Below, piece after piece: positions 37,349-47,170 of a stretch of 64,000 bases of DNA; the first letter of the stretch is position 1, and every line of letters starts with the position of its first letter. Source of the DNA: an uncultured Bacteroidales bacterium (GTDB lineage Bacteria; Bacteroidota; Bacteroidia; Bacteroidales; FEN-979). The translations under genes and the position numbers were made by a program. The stretch covers positions 69,245 to 133,244 of the forward strand of contig CAIRDP010000011.1 in the NCBI GenBank assembly GCA_903877385.1, given 5' to 3'. The notes beneath the pieces were generated by a model. That model was not told the DNA's origin and did no database searches. It was given only the letters and a program-made list of their open reading frames with translations.

Positions 37349-40300
37349 TTATTGTGTGAGAAGAACTGTTTTCTCCCCCTCATTATTTCCTGCTGTCTTC
37401 TTATCATGAAGGCTTCTCCTGTAAACCAGGTGGATAATCAGGGGAAATATGATCAATGTAAGGACCGTCGCGCTTATAAGTCCGCCAATAACAACAATGG
37501 CAAGGGGTTTCTGGGTTTCAGAGCCTATTCCTTTAGAAATTGCTGCCGGGAGTAATCCGAACATGGCCATCAAGGCGGTCATGATGATAGGGCGGATACG
37601 TGATTCAACCCCTTCCTTGATGGCGGTTTCATATGGCATTTTTGCCCTTAGGTTCTTTTTGATGACCATTGTCAGCAATACACCGTTCTGTATACAGATC
37701 CCGAAAAGAGCGATAAACCCTATTCCGGCTGAAATGCTGAAATTAACGCCTGTGATCTGCAATGCTGCGATGCCCCCGATTATGGCAAATGGAACATTAG
37801 TCAATACCAGCCCTGCATCGATCACATTTCCGAATAGCATAAAGAGGACAAGGAAGATCAGCAGCAGGCTTATCGGAACAACCTGCATCAGCCTGGCCTG
37901 TGCCCTTTGCTGGTTCTCGAAGTCACCAGCCCATTTAACTTCACTTCCCTTGGGGAGTTTCAGAATGCGGTCAACTTTGGCCCTGGCTTCATTTACGGCG
38001 CTTCCCATATCCCTGCCCCTGACCGAGAACTTCACGGCAATGAACCTCTGGTTCTCTTCCCTGAATATCAGCAGCGGGCCTGTAACATAGCGGATTTGCC
38101 CAAGTTCTTTGAGTGTGATCAGTTTCCCGTTCATGGCTGGGACCTTGAGATTCCCGATCTGCTGTTCGTTCCTCCGGTATTTTTCCTGGTATCTGATACG
38201 GATGTCAAACCTGCGGTCACCTTCATAAAACTGGGTCGCGGCCTTTCCGCCAATCGCCATCTCGATCACGGCCTGGCAATCGGCAGTCGCAACACCGTAC
38301 TGGGCCATTTTACGGTCGTCGAGATCGATCCTGAGCTCAGGCTGACCAATATTGCGGATAATTCCCAGGTCTTCAATTCCCTTGACGGTTCTCAAAAGTT
38401 TGAATACCGTATCGGCATTGTCTTCCAAAACATTAAGATCGGTACCGAATATTTTAACGGCAATGGATCCTTTGACCCCCGAGACTGCTTCCTCCACATT
38501 ATCCATAATAGGCTGGGAGAAGTTAAAATTGATCCCCGGGAAAACCTGCAATTTATCCTGCATTTCCTGGATAAGGTCCTCTTTTGAAATATGCCGTTTC
38601 CATTGTTCCTTCGGATACAGGTCAACATGAAATTCGGCATTGTAAAAACCCGTGGGATCAGTACCGTCATTCGGGCGGCCGGTCTGTGAAAGCACCTGTT
38701 TCACTTCGGGGAAACTGCGAAAAACCGCCCGCATCTGTTCACTGAGTTTTACTGCTGCTTCCAGGGAAATACTCAGGGGAAGGTTGGCCCGTACATAAAT
38801 GGCTCCCTCGTTCAGCTGGGGAAGGAATTCGGTGCCAAGGAATTTAAAGGACGCAAAACCGCTTAGGACAAGAAAAAGCGCTATTCCAAGGCTTATTTTC
38901 TTGTACCTGTACGAAAGATTGAAAACCCTCATCACCGTCTTCTCAATGAACCCGACTACAGGATTATGTTTTTCCCTTACGTTCTTATTGAGCATAAGCC
39001 TGATCATAACGGGCACCAGTGTCAGCGTAAAGATCAAAGCACCCAGGAGTGCAAAGCCCAGGGTCCAGGCCAGGGGAGAAAACATTTTGCCTTCAACTTT
39101 CTGAAACGAGAATATGGGCATCAGGCAAAGTATGATGATCAGTTTTGAGAAAAAGATGGCCCTGGCCATATCAGTCCCCGATTCCCGTATGATGCCTGAT
39201 TTGGCAAGCAGGTTAAATGCAGGCATCCCAATCGTTTTCGCTTTCCGGTCGAAGACCACGAACAAGCCTTCGACCATCACCACGGCTCCGTCGATGATGA
39301 TCCCGAAGTCGATTGCACCCATGGAAAGCAGGTTAGCCGACATGCCCATGAGGTGAAGACCAATGAAGGCAAAAAGCAAAGCGAGGGGAATTATTACAGA
39401 AACTATCACTGTCGTCCTCCAGTCAGCCATAAAAAGGAAAACAATGACTGTTACGAGTACTATGCCTTCGATAAGGTTGTGCAGGACCGTACCTGTTGTA
39501 TAATGGATCAGTTCTTCCCGGTCATAAAAGGGGATAATCTTTACATCCGAAGGAAGGATCTTTTCGTTGAGTTGTGCTATCCTGGCTTTGATGCCTTTGA
39601 TCACCTTGCTGGGGTTCTCGCCCTTTCTCATCACGATAATGCCTTCAATGGCATCGTTGGTAAGGTCGCGCCCCACCTGCCCCAGCCTGGGGAGGCAGGT
39701 TTCGCGCACCGTAGCCACATTCTTAACCAATATGGGAACATCCTGAATATATTTCACGATGATGTTTTCCATATCCTTCATCCCCGTAATCAGGCCGATT
39801 CCACGAACAACATAGGCCTGGTTGTTTTTTTCAATGATATCCCCGCCAACATTGATATTGTTTTTATTTACCGCCTGGTAAACATCCAGGGGGGAGATCC
39901 CGTACTGTTCAAGAAGGAGAGGGTCGATGCTGATTTCGTAGGCTTTGACCTCTCCCCCGAAACTGACTACATCGGCAATACCGGGAACTGATTTGAACTG
40001 CCTTTCCAGCACCCAATCCTGGATGGCCTTTAACTCCCTGATTGACCTGTATTTGCTTGAAAGAGTATACCTGTATATTTCACCTGTAGGCCCGTATGGG
40101 GGTTCCACTTCAGGATCCGCTCCTTCAGGTAAGGTAATATTGGAAAGCTGGTTGTTTACCTGCTGACGGGCAAACGCATCCGTAATGTTGTCCTCGTACA
40201 TTATGGTTACCACCGAAAGGCCGAACAGGGTTGTGGAGCGTACATCCGTTTTACCCTGAACGGAGTTCATTGCGATCTCGATAGGAACGGTGACGAACTT

Positions 40301-40495
40301 TTCGATTTCCTCGGCGCTGCGGCCGGGCCACTGGGTGATGATAATAACACGGGTATTGGTCACATCGGGAAATGCTTCAATAGGAATATCCCGGTAACTG
40401 ATAATACCGATAATGACCATGACAAGGGTGGCAAAAAGAATAAAAAACTTATTCTTCAGCGAGAACCCCAGTATCTGTTTTATAAATTTATTCAT
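37349..40495 (-). CDS. CusA/CzcA-family heavy-metal efflux RND transporter (copy 2)
   Basis: 1048 aa. It is collinear with copy 1 (FPDVTNTRVIIITQWPGRSAEEIE; AIDFGIIIDGAVVMVE), roughly half to 60 percent identical by eye. Confidence 0.9.
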   Translation of the reverse strand: MNKFIKQILGFSLKNKFFILFATLVMVIIGIISYRDIPIEAFPDVTNTRVIIITQWPGRSAEEIEKFVTVPIEIAMNSVQGKTDVRSTTLFGLSVVTIMYEDNITDAFARQQVNNQLSNITLPEGADPEVEPPYGPTGEIYRYTLSSKYRSIRELKAIQDWVLERQFKSVPGIADVVSFGGEVKAYEISIDPLLLEQYGISPLDVYQAVNKNNINVGGDIIEKNNQAYVVRGIGLITGMKDMENIIVKYIQDVPILVKNVATVRETCLPRLGQVGRDLTNDAIEGIIVMRKGENPSKVIKGIKARIAQLNEKILPSDVKIIPFYDREELIHYTTGTVLHNLIEGIVLVTVIVFLFMADWRTTVIVSVIIPLALLFAFIGLHLMGMSANLLSMGAIDFGIIIDGAVVMVEGLFVVFDRKAKTIGMPAFNLLAKSGIIRESGTDMARAIFFSKLIIILCLMPIFSFQKVEGKMFSPLAWTLGFALLGALIFTLTLVPVMIRLMLNKNVREKHNPVVGFIEKTVMRVFNLSYRYKKISLGIALFLVLSGFASFKFLGTEFLPQLNEGAIYVRANLPLSISLEAAVKLSEQMRAVFRSFPEVKQVLSQTGRPNDGTDPTGFYNAEFHVDLYPKEQWKRHISKEDLIQEMQDKLQVFPGINFNFSQPIMDNVEEAVSGVKGSIAVKIFGTDLNVLEDNADTVFKLLRTVKGIEDLGIIRNIGQPELRIDLDDRKMAQYGVATADCQAVIEMAIGGKAATQFYEGDRRFDIRIRYQEKYRRNEQQIGNLKVPAMNGKLITLKELGQIRYVTGPLLIFREENQRFIAVKFSVRGRDMGSAVNEARAKVDRILKLPKGSEVKWAGDFENQQRAQARLMQVVPISLLLIFLVLFMLFGNVIDAGLVLTNVPFAIIGGIAALQITGVNFSISAGIGFIALFGICIQNGVLLTMVIKKNLRAKMPYETAIKEGVESRIRPIIMTALMAMFGLLPAAISKGIGSETQKPLAIVVIGGLISATVLTLIIFPLIIHLVYRRSLHDKKTAGNNEGEKTVLLTQ

Positions 40496-40500
40496 ACCGC

Positions 40501-41601
40501 TTAGCTGTTAAGGGCATTGTAAACAACAAGCGCATTCTTGCAGACTATGATTTCGCCGGGTTTCAATCCCGACTGTATATATGTTTTCCCGCCCACCGGG
40601 TGGTACACATCAACTTCACGGGTTTCAAAACTGCCTTTGCCTTTAAGGACCATGACATAATACCGGTTTTTATCGAAGATAATGGATTCGGAAGGGATGC
40701 AGGCCATGGTTTTGTTACCTTCACGGTAATATACCGTGATATTGGCAAACATCTCGGGTTTCAGCAGGTAATCGGGATTGGTGAGCTCTATCCTTACTTT
40801 CATTACCTTGGAAGCAGAATCTATCACATTCATGATCCTTGAGATAGTCCCGTCATAAACCTTATCGGGATAACTCACCGTTGTTACTTTTGCCTGGTAG
40901 CCGGGCTGTACGTCGGGAATATCGGTTTCGGTGACATTGCCCACAGCCCAAACGTACCTCAGGTCGGCAACCGTGAAAAGTGCATTCTGCCCGTCCTCGG
41001 TACGAAAAACCATGTCCTGCGTGGCATTGCGTTCAACAACGATGCCATCGATTGGCGCTTTTACCGTATAACGTTTTGCTGTTTCGTCACCATAAATGGA
41101 AAGGATCTCCTTAATCCGCTGAAGTTCCCCGTTTGCTTTTACAAGTTCCTGCTGCGCAGTGAGATAATCCTTTTCGGAAGAAAGCCCGTTCCTGTACATT
41201 TCGTTTGTAAGCTCCGAATTCTTTTTTGCTATTTCATAATTGGATTTAGCTGTTGTATACTGATTTGAGTATTCGGCTGTTTCAATGCTGCGGATGCTGG
41301 CAAGCACCTCGCCTTTCTTCACGTGATCACCCAATTGTACATTCATTGTTTCCACGATACCTCCGCTGATAGGAGAAATCCTGGCAAGATGATTTTCGTC
41401 GTAAGTGATCTTCCCGGTCAGCAGGATCTCGTTCCTGACTTCCTCTATTTTTACCGTATCCACCTGGATAAGCTTGTTGAATACCTCACCCAGGACTTCC
41501 TGATTTTCCGGTACTGATTTCTCTTCCCCGCCACCGCAGCCGCTCACCGAGGCCGTTGCCAGCATCACTATCAGGAACCCAAAGAATTTAATTCTGCTCA
41601 T
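40501..41601 (-). CDS. efflux RND periplasmic adaptor subunit (copy 2)
   Basis: Lipobox VSGC. GGIVETMNVQLGDHVKKGEVLASI is collinear with copy 1. Confidence 0.85.
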   Translation of the reverse strand: MSRIKFFGFLIVMLATASVSGCGGGEEKSVPENQEVLGEVFNKLIQVDTVKIEEVRNEILLTGKITYDENHLARISPISGGIVETMNVQLGDHVKKGEVLASIRSIETAEYSNQYTTAKSNYEIAKKNSELTNEMYRNGLSSEKDYLTAQQELVKANGELQRIKEILSIYGDETAKRYTVKAPIDGIVVERNATQDMVFRTEDGQNALFTVADLRYVWAVGNVTETDIPDVQPGYQAKVTTVSYPDKVYDGTISRIMNVIDSASKVMKVRIELTNPDYLLKPEMFANITVYYREGNKTMACIPSESIIFDKNRYYVMVLKGKGSFETREVDVYHPVGGKTYIQSGLKPGEIIVCKNALVVYNALNS

Positions 41602-41628
41602 AATTATTTTCGTTACGATACTGATGTG

Positions 41629-42924
41629 CTATTTCAGGTTAATTCCCACCACATAATTTAAATTCTCTATCGCATTGATACGGTCATTTTCAAGCTGCAA
41701 AAACTGCAGCTGCGATTCCTTGTATGATTCGTACAGGTCGATGAACTCGAGGAGCCCGATTTCCCTTTTCAGGTAACTCTCCTCAGCTTTCCTGATAATC
41801 ATGGTAAAATCCTTGCTGAAACCGGCATCAAGGCTTTTATATACCCTGTCGATCTCGCAAAGTTGTGCCAGGCTACCGGCAAGATCATTGTACACCTGAG
41901 TACTGTAATTCCTGTAATCGGCCTGGCTTTCGGCTATCCTGGCCCTGGCGGCGATAACGTTTCCTTTATTCCTGTCCCAGAAAGGCATGTTGAAGCTCAA
42001 TCCTATATAATTGTAATTACGTACAAAAGACCCGTTCTGATCCCAGCCCAGGAAAAGAGTGGGGTCAGGTATGTTGACAAGCCGCTGGTATACCAGGTCG
42101 GTTTCGGCATATTTCATTTTTTGCTCATAGATCATCAGGTCATAACGGTTCTTTGAAGCAGAATCGGCCAGGGCTCCCAGGGTATATTTGCCGGGGTTGA
42201 AATCCCTGTAAGCAAGGGGGTCGGGAACCGGCAGGATGAAATGAGAGCTTTTATCGTTGAGCAGGATTTTCAGGGTATTCTGGTTTTCGACAAGCTGAGC
42301 ATATATGTCAAGCCTTTCGCTTTCCATGGCAAGAAGAAGCGCTTTGACCCTTACAAGTTCCTTAAGTGATATGAACCCCCTGGGATAAAGCTCTTCATAA
42401 CCATGAATAATTTCTTGAAGTCTGCTGATCTCGGAATCGTAAACCCTGATTTGTTCAAGAAGGAAAAAGGTATTGTAAAAGGCCGCCCTCAACTGTACTT
42501 TCAGCGACCTCATAAGGTCATAATACTGGTATTTTGCTATACCGGCAGTGGTACGGGCCATGGATACAAGTTTCGACCTTTTGCCTGCGATCACAAGCAG
42601 CTGCTGCACCTGGGCCGAGGACTCACTGCTGTCGGAGAATTGAAGCCATGTTTTATGCTGGGGATTATACAGCACATGTTCAAAAGTCATATTCGGCTGG
42701 TCCCAGATCTTTGCCTGCTTTATATAAGCTTCATTCTCGGTAATGTTATACTTTTGCGAAAGAAGCTGAAGGTTGCTGTCGAGGAACTGCTTCTCGAACT
42801 GTGCCAGTGTGCAGGCCAGGGTATCGCCTTTGAGCAGTAAAGGCAGGGTGCTTCCGTTTTGGGAAACCGAGAGCAGGGGTACTGCAAGGACTACTAAAAT
42901 GAACAGGTTCCTGAGACGGAGCAT
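41629..42924 (-). CDS. TolC-family outer membrane efflux protein (copy 2)
   Basis: 431 aa with a signal peptide and OEP repeats, collinear with copy 1. Confidence 0.85.
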   Translation of the reverse strand: MLRLRNLFILVVLAVPLLSVSQNGSTLPLLLKGDTLACTLAQFEKQFLDSNLQLLSQKYNITENEAYIKQAKIWDQPNMTFEHVLYNPQHKTWLQFSDSSESSAQVQQLLVIAGKRSKLVSMARTTAGIAKYQYYDLMRSLKVQLRAAFYNTFFLLEQIRVYDSEISRLQEIIHGYEELYPRGFISLKELVRVKALLLAMESERLDIYAQLVENQNTLKILLNDKSSHFILPVPDPLAYRDFNPGKYTLGALADSASKNRYDLMIYEQKMKYAETDLVYQRLVNIPDPTLFLGWDQNGSFVRNYNYIGLSFNMPFWDRNKGNVIAARARIAESQADYRNYSTQVYNDLAGSLAQLCEIDRVYKSLDAGFSKDFTMIIRKAEESYLKREIGLLEFIDLYESYKESQLQFLQLENDRINAIENLNYVVGINLK

Positions 42925-43021
42925 GCGTAAACATTAGGATTAGTCAAAACTGATCCGGTAAAATCTTATTGCAAAAAAAAACATTCTTTATAAAAACTTA
43001 ACGCTAAGATAGTCATAAATC

Positions 43022-44227
43022 ATGCCTGATACAAACCCGGTAAAAGAAACTGCCATCCTGGTAGGTGTAGCCACACGGCTGCAGGATATGGAACGGACTT
43101 CGGAATACCTTGAAGAACTGGCTTTCCTCGTCGACACAGCCGGGGGGACAGCATTAAAACGTTTCGTGCAGAAGCTGGAATACCCCGATCCAAGGACTTA
43201 TATCGGCAGCGGGAAACTGGCTGAGATCCGTGAATGGATTGAATCGCACAAGGTGGATATGGCTGTATTTGACGATGAGCTCACGCCCAGCCAGATCCGG
43301 AATATCGAAACTGAACTGAAATGCCGTATTATCGACAGGAGCAACCTTATCCTCGACATCTTTGCAAAGCGGGCCAAGACTTCGAATGCAAAAACCCAGG
43401 TTGAACTTGCGCAATATGAATACCTCCTTCCAAGGCTGACACGCCGCTGGACTCATCTTGAAAAACAAAGGGGAGGCATTGGGTTGAGGGGGCCAGGAGA
43501 GCAGGAGATCGAGACCGACCGCCGGCATATCCGCGCCAGGATTGCATTGCTGAAAGATAAACTGGAAGAGATCGACAAGCAGAAATCAACTCAGAGGAAA
43601 CACCGCAGGGATATGATACGGGTGGCCCTTGTAGGGTACACTAATGTGGGGAAATCTACCATAATGAACCTTCTGAGCAAATCGGATGTATTCGCCGAGA
43701 ACAAGCTTTTTGCAACCCTCGACACCACGGTACGTAAAATGGTAATCGACAACCAGCCATTTCTGCTCAGCGATACGGTTGGGTTTATCAGGAAGCTTCC
43801 CCATACCCTGGTGGATTCCTTCAAATCGACCCTGGACGAGGTAAGGGAAGCCGATATCCTGGTCCATGTTGCCGATATCAGCCACCCAGGCCACGAAGAA
43901 CAGATTAACGTAGTCAAACAAACCCTCACCGATATCAAGGCCTCAGATAAGCCTGTGATCATGCTGTTCAATAAAATAGATGCATACAGTTTCGAACAAA
44001 AGGAAGACTACGACCTCGCTCCCCTTACCCGGAAAAACCTCAGCCTTGAGGAACTTGAAAAGACCTGGATCGCGAAGGCAGATGATGTTTCACTGTTTAT
44101 CTCGGCAACTGAAAAAATTCATGTCGACACCCTGAAGGAAGCCCTGTTCCAGCAGGTACGAAAGATAGCGAGGCAGAGATGGCCCGAAAAGGCGTTTCGC
44201 GATGATGATCGCGCTTTGTGGGGATGA
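43022..44227 (+). CDS. hflX: GTPase HflX
   Basis: GSGKLAEI, the HflX N-domain, then G1 GYTNVGKST, DTVGFI and NKID. Confidence 0.9.
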   Translation: MPDTNPVKETAILVGVATRLQDMERTSEYLEELAFLVDTAGGTALKRFVQKLEYPDPRTYIGSGKLAEIREWIESHKVDMAVFDDELTPSQIRNIETELKCRIIDRSNLILDIFAKRAKTSNAKTQVELAQYEYLLPRLTRRWTHLEKQRGGIGLRGPGEQEIETDRRHIRARIALLKDKLEEIDKQKSTQRKHRRDMIRVALVGYTNVGKSTIMNLLSKSDVFAENKLFATLDTTVRKMVIDNQPFLLSDTVGFIRKLPHTLVDSFKSTLDEVREADILVHVADISHPGHEEQINVVKQTLTDIKASDKPVIMLFNKIDAYSFEQKEDYDLAPLTRKNLSLEELEKTWIAKADDVSLFISATEKIHVDTLKEALFQQVRKIARQRWPEKAFRDDDRALWG

Positions 44228-44281
44228 TCGCGCTTCGCGCCTTATCCGCAGAAAAAAATCATAAAATTTTTCACTTTTTTC

Positions 44282-44310
44282 TTGCTCAAACGAATTTGTT
44301 TGTATATTTG
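44282..44310 (+). promoter_or_regulatory. candidate qNOR promoter (TTG-N18-TATATTTG) containing the palindrome CAAACGAATTTGTTTG
   Basis: The -7 box is at 44303-44310. A 16-bp near-perfect palindrome at 44287-44302 occupies the spacer. The site is 42 nt upstream of ATG 44352. Confidence 0.3.
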
Positions 44311-44351
44311 CGCATTCGAGTACCTAATTGTCTCATTAAACAAAAACGCTT

Positions 44352-46607
44352 ATGCAAACAAAAAAACTCTGGTTAGGTTTTACAGCAGTTATGGTGGTCT
44401 GCTTTGGTGTTCTGATCTTCTTCGGGGGGCAGATATACCGTGAAAAACCGCCTATCCCCGCCCGGGTGGTAACATCCTCTGGAACTGTTCTTTTTACAGG
44501 ACAGGATATAAAAGACGGTCAGAACATCTGGCAGTCTATTGGCGGACAGGAAGTAGGAACAGTATGGGGTCATGGTTCGTACGTGGCTCCGGACTGGTCG
44601 GCCGACTGGCTTCATCGCGAATCGGTGATCATCCTCGATTACCTTGCCGATTCCTTATACCTTAAATCATATGATGAACTCCCGGCCGAGGACCAGGCGG
44701 CCCTGAAAGTGAAGCTGCAGAGGGAACTCCGCACAAATACTTACGATGCCGCGGGCGACAGGATCATAGTGTCAAATTTAAGGGCAAGGGCGATAAGGGA
44801 AGTCTCAAAGCATTACAGCAGCCTGTTCATGGCCGACCCCAGCCTTGACAAACTCCGCGATGCCTGTGCAATCCCTCCCAACACCATCAAAACCGATGAC
44901 AGGATGTTCAAAATGAATGCGTTTTTCTTCTGGATCTCCTGGACCTGTGTAACAAACCGTCCTGGCCAGGAGATCAGTTACACCAACAACTGGCCCAGCG
45001 AGGACCTGGTCGCGAACAAAGCCACCAGCGCACTGATTCTCTGGACCGGTTTCAGTGTGATCATGCTCATTGCAGGCATTGGCCTGATGGGATGGTTCTA
45101 TGCCCGGAGAAAGGATAACAGCCTGGAGGCAAATGAATTTCCTAAAAAAGACCCCCTGCTTGGAGGAATTTTCACCCCTTCGATGAAAGCCACCTTAAAA
45201 TATTTCTGGGTTGTTACAGCCCTCATTCTCGTTCAGATCCTGATGGGTGTAATTACGGCACATTACGGTGTTGAAGGACAGGCATTCTACGGATTGCCGC
45301 TCTCGTCGATCCTGCCTTATTCGATTTCAAGGACCTGGCATATCCAGCTTGCTATATTCTGGATAGCAACTTCCTGGCTGGCAACAGGCTTATACCTTGC
45401 CCCTGCCGTTTCGGGCAAAGAGCCCAGGTTCCAGTTGCTTGGCGTGAATTTCCTGTTCCTGGCATTGCTTGTCATTGTCGTTGGATCACTCGCAGGCCAG
45501 TGGCTTGGCGTGATGCAGCATCTGGGCCTGGTCCAGAACTTCTGGTTCGGCCACCAGGGTTACGAATATGTGGACCTTGGCAGGTTCTGGCAGCTCTTTT
45601 TATTTATCGGTCTTATTTTATGGCTGGTGCTGATGGCCCGGGCTCTTATGCCTGCCTTAAAGAACAAATCAGAAAACCGCAGCCTCCTCACCATGTTTCT
45701 TATCTCCACGATTGCCATTGCCGCATTTTACGGGGCCGGGCTTATGTGGGGAAGGCAGACACATCTTGCAATAGCCGAATATTGGCGGTGGTGGGTGGTC
45801 CATCTCTGGGTCGAAGGATTTTTTGAAGTGTTTGCAACTGTAGCCATCGCTTTCCTATTTGTTCGCCTGGGACTGGTGCGTGTCATATCGGCCACGGGAG
45901 GCGTTCTGTTTTCTACTATCGTTTTCCTGGCGGGCGGTATCATTGGCACGTTCCACCATCTGTATTTTACCGGGACTCCTGTGGCTATCCTTGCGCTTGG
46001 GGCGACATTCAGCGCACTGGAGGTTGTGCCTTTGGTACTGATAGGATTTGAAGGATATTCAAACTTGAAACTCAGCAGAAGCAGCGAATGGATCAAGGGT
46101 TATAAATGGCCCATCTACTTCTTCCTGTCTGTTTCGTTCTGGAACCTGGTAGGAGCCGGTATTTTCGGCTTCCTAATCAATCCGCCGATAGCCTTGTATT
46201 ATATGCAGGGACTGAATACGACTCCCGTTCACGGACATACTGCCTTGTTCGGGGTTTATGGAATGCTAGGAATTGGTCTGATGCTGTTCGTTCTTAAAAG
46301 CATGGAACCTGAAAAGGTCTGGAAAGAAAAATGGATAAAATTCGCTTTCTGGTCCATCAACATCGGCCTTATGGCGATGGTGCTGCTGAGTGTTTTGCCC
46401 GTAGGACTTGCCCAGACCTGGGTAAGTGTGAAGACCGGCATGTGGTATGCCCGTTCTGCAGAATTCCTTCAGGATCCCACCCTGAGGACATTCCGCTGGA
46501 TGCGGGTCTTCGGGGATACTCTTTTCTCGGCAGGAGCTATAGCCCTGGCCTGGTTTATTTTTGGCCTCAAAGGCGGATGGAGTGTTGAGAAGAGAACGAA
46601 AGTTTAA
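44352..46607 (+). CDS. quinol-dependent nitric oxide reductase (qNOR, single-subunit NorB/NorZ type)
   Basis: 751 aa. An N-terminal TM helix is followed by a periplasmic extension (GQNIWQSIGGQEVGTVWGHGSYVAPDWSADWLHRE). A 12-TM heme-copper oxidase subunit-I-like core follows, with conserved His residues (HLWVEGFFE, GTFHHLYF, HGHTALFG). Confidence 0.85.
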   Translation: MQTKKLWLGFTAVMVVCFGVLIFFGGQIYREKPPIPARVVTSSGTVLFTGQDIKDGQNIWQSIGGQEVGTVWGHGSYVAPDWSADWLHRESVIILDYLADSLYLKSYDELPAEDQAALKVKLQRELRTNTYDAAGDRIIVSNLRARAIREVSKHYSSLFMADPSLDKLRDACAIPPNTIKTDDRMFKMNAFFFWISWTCVTNRPGQEISYTNNWPSEDLVANKATSALILWTGFSVIMLIAGIGLMGWFYARRKDNSLEANEFPKKDPLLGGIFTPSMKATLKYFWVVTALILVQILMGVITAHYGVEGQAFYGLPLSSILPYSISRTWHIQLAIFWIATSWLATGLYLAPAVSGKEPRFQLLGVNFLFLALLVIVVGSLAGQWLGVMQHLGLVQNFWFGHQGYEYVDLGRFWQLFLFIGLILWLVLMARALMPALKNKSENRSLLTMFLISTIAIAAFYGAGLMWGRQTHLAIAEYWRWWVVHLWVEGFFEVFATVAIAFLFVRLGLVRVISATGGVLFSTIVFLAGGIIGTFHHLYFTGTPVAILALGATFSALEVVPLVLIGFEGYSNLKLSRSSEWIKGYKWPIYFFLSVSFWNLVGAGIFGFLINPPIALYYMQGLNTTPVHGHTALFGVYGMLGIGLMLFVLKSMEPEKVWKEKWIKFAFWSINIGLMAMVLLSVLPVGLAQTWVSVKTGMWYARSAEFLQDPTLRTFRWMRVFGDTLFSAGAIALAWFIFGLKGGWSVEKRTKV

Positions 46608-46657
46608 AACATTGTGATAAAATGCATCTTGTACAATGCACAAATACTCACTATTTA

Positions 46658-46688
46658 TTTTGTAAATGGTACATGGTACATTACAAAA
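46658..46688. promoter_or_regulatory. inverted repeat TTTTGTAA-N15-TTACAAAA; the spacer overlaps a (GTACATN)x2 tandem
   Basis: Perfect 8-bp arms. The tandem gtacatg gtacatt lies at 46669-46682. The repeat ends 22 nt upstream of the YgbA-like ATG (46711). Confidence 0.45.
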
Positions 46689-46710
46689 TGTCTGTAACGG
46701 AAACATAAGT

Positions 46711-47088
46711 ATGAAAAAGGGCAACGAGGCGGAGAAAAAAACACTCAGCACGATAATCAGGATTAATTGCAGATCGGTGCACGGGAGTAAACATCTGTGT
46801 GAAGACTGCAGCAGGCTTGAAGAGTACGCACTAAGGCGGGTTGATCATTGCGTGTATGGTTCCGGCAAACCGGCCTGTAAAAACTGTCCGGTTCACTGTT
46901 ACAGCCCGAAAATGAGGGAAGAGATAAGAAAAGTAATGCTGCAGGCAGGGCCCGGGATGCTATTCAGGCATCCCCTGCTCTCCCTGGCGCATATCCTGCG
47001 CGAAAAAAGAAAAATCAATGGTATGCATTCCGTGGCAAGCCCAGGTTCCCGGTTCCGCAGCAAGTTGCAGGGAATTAACCGGGAGTGA
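46711..47088 (+). CDS. nitrous-oxide-stimulated promoter family protein (YgbA_NO-like, Cys-rich)
   Basis: The Cys pattern CRSVHGSKHLCEDC...CVYGSGKPACKNCPVHCY, then MREEIRKVM and GP-MLFRHP. Start taken at MKKGNEAEKK. Confidence 0.75.
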   Translation: MKKGNEAEKKTLSTIIRINCRSVHGSKHLCEDCSRLEEYALRRVDHCVYGSGKPACKNCPVHCYSPKMREEIRKVMLQAGPGMLFRHPLLSLAHILREKRKINGMHSVASPGSRFRSKLQGINRE

Positions 47089-47170
47089 TTAAATGAGAAA
47101 CCCGGGATTCACGGCAGAATGACATCCGCAGAGAATAAACCCATAATTAATAACATTAATACATAATACA

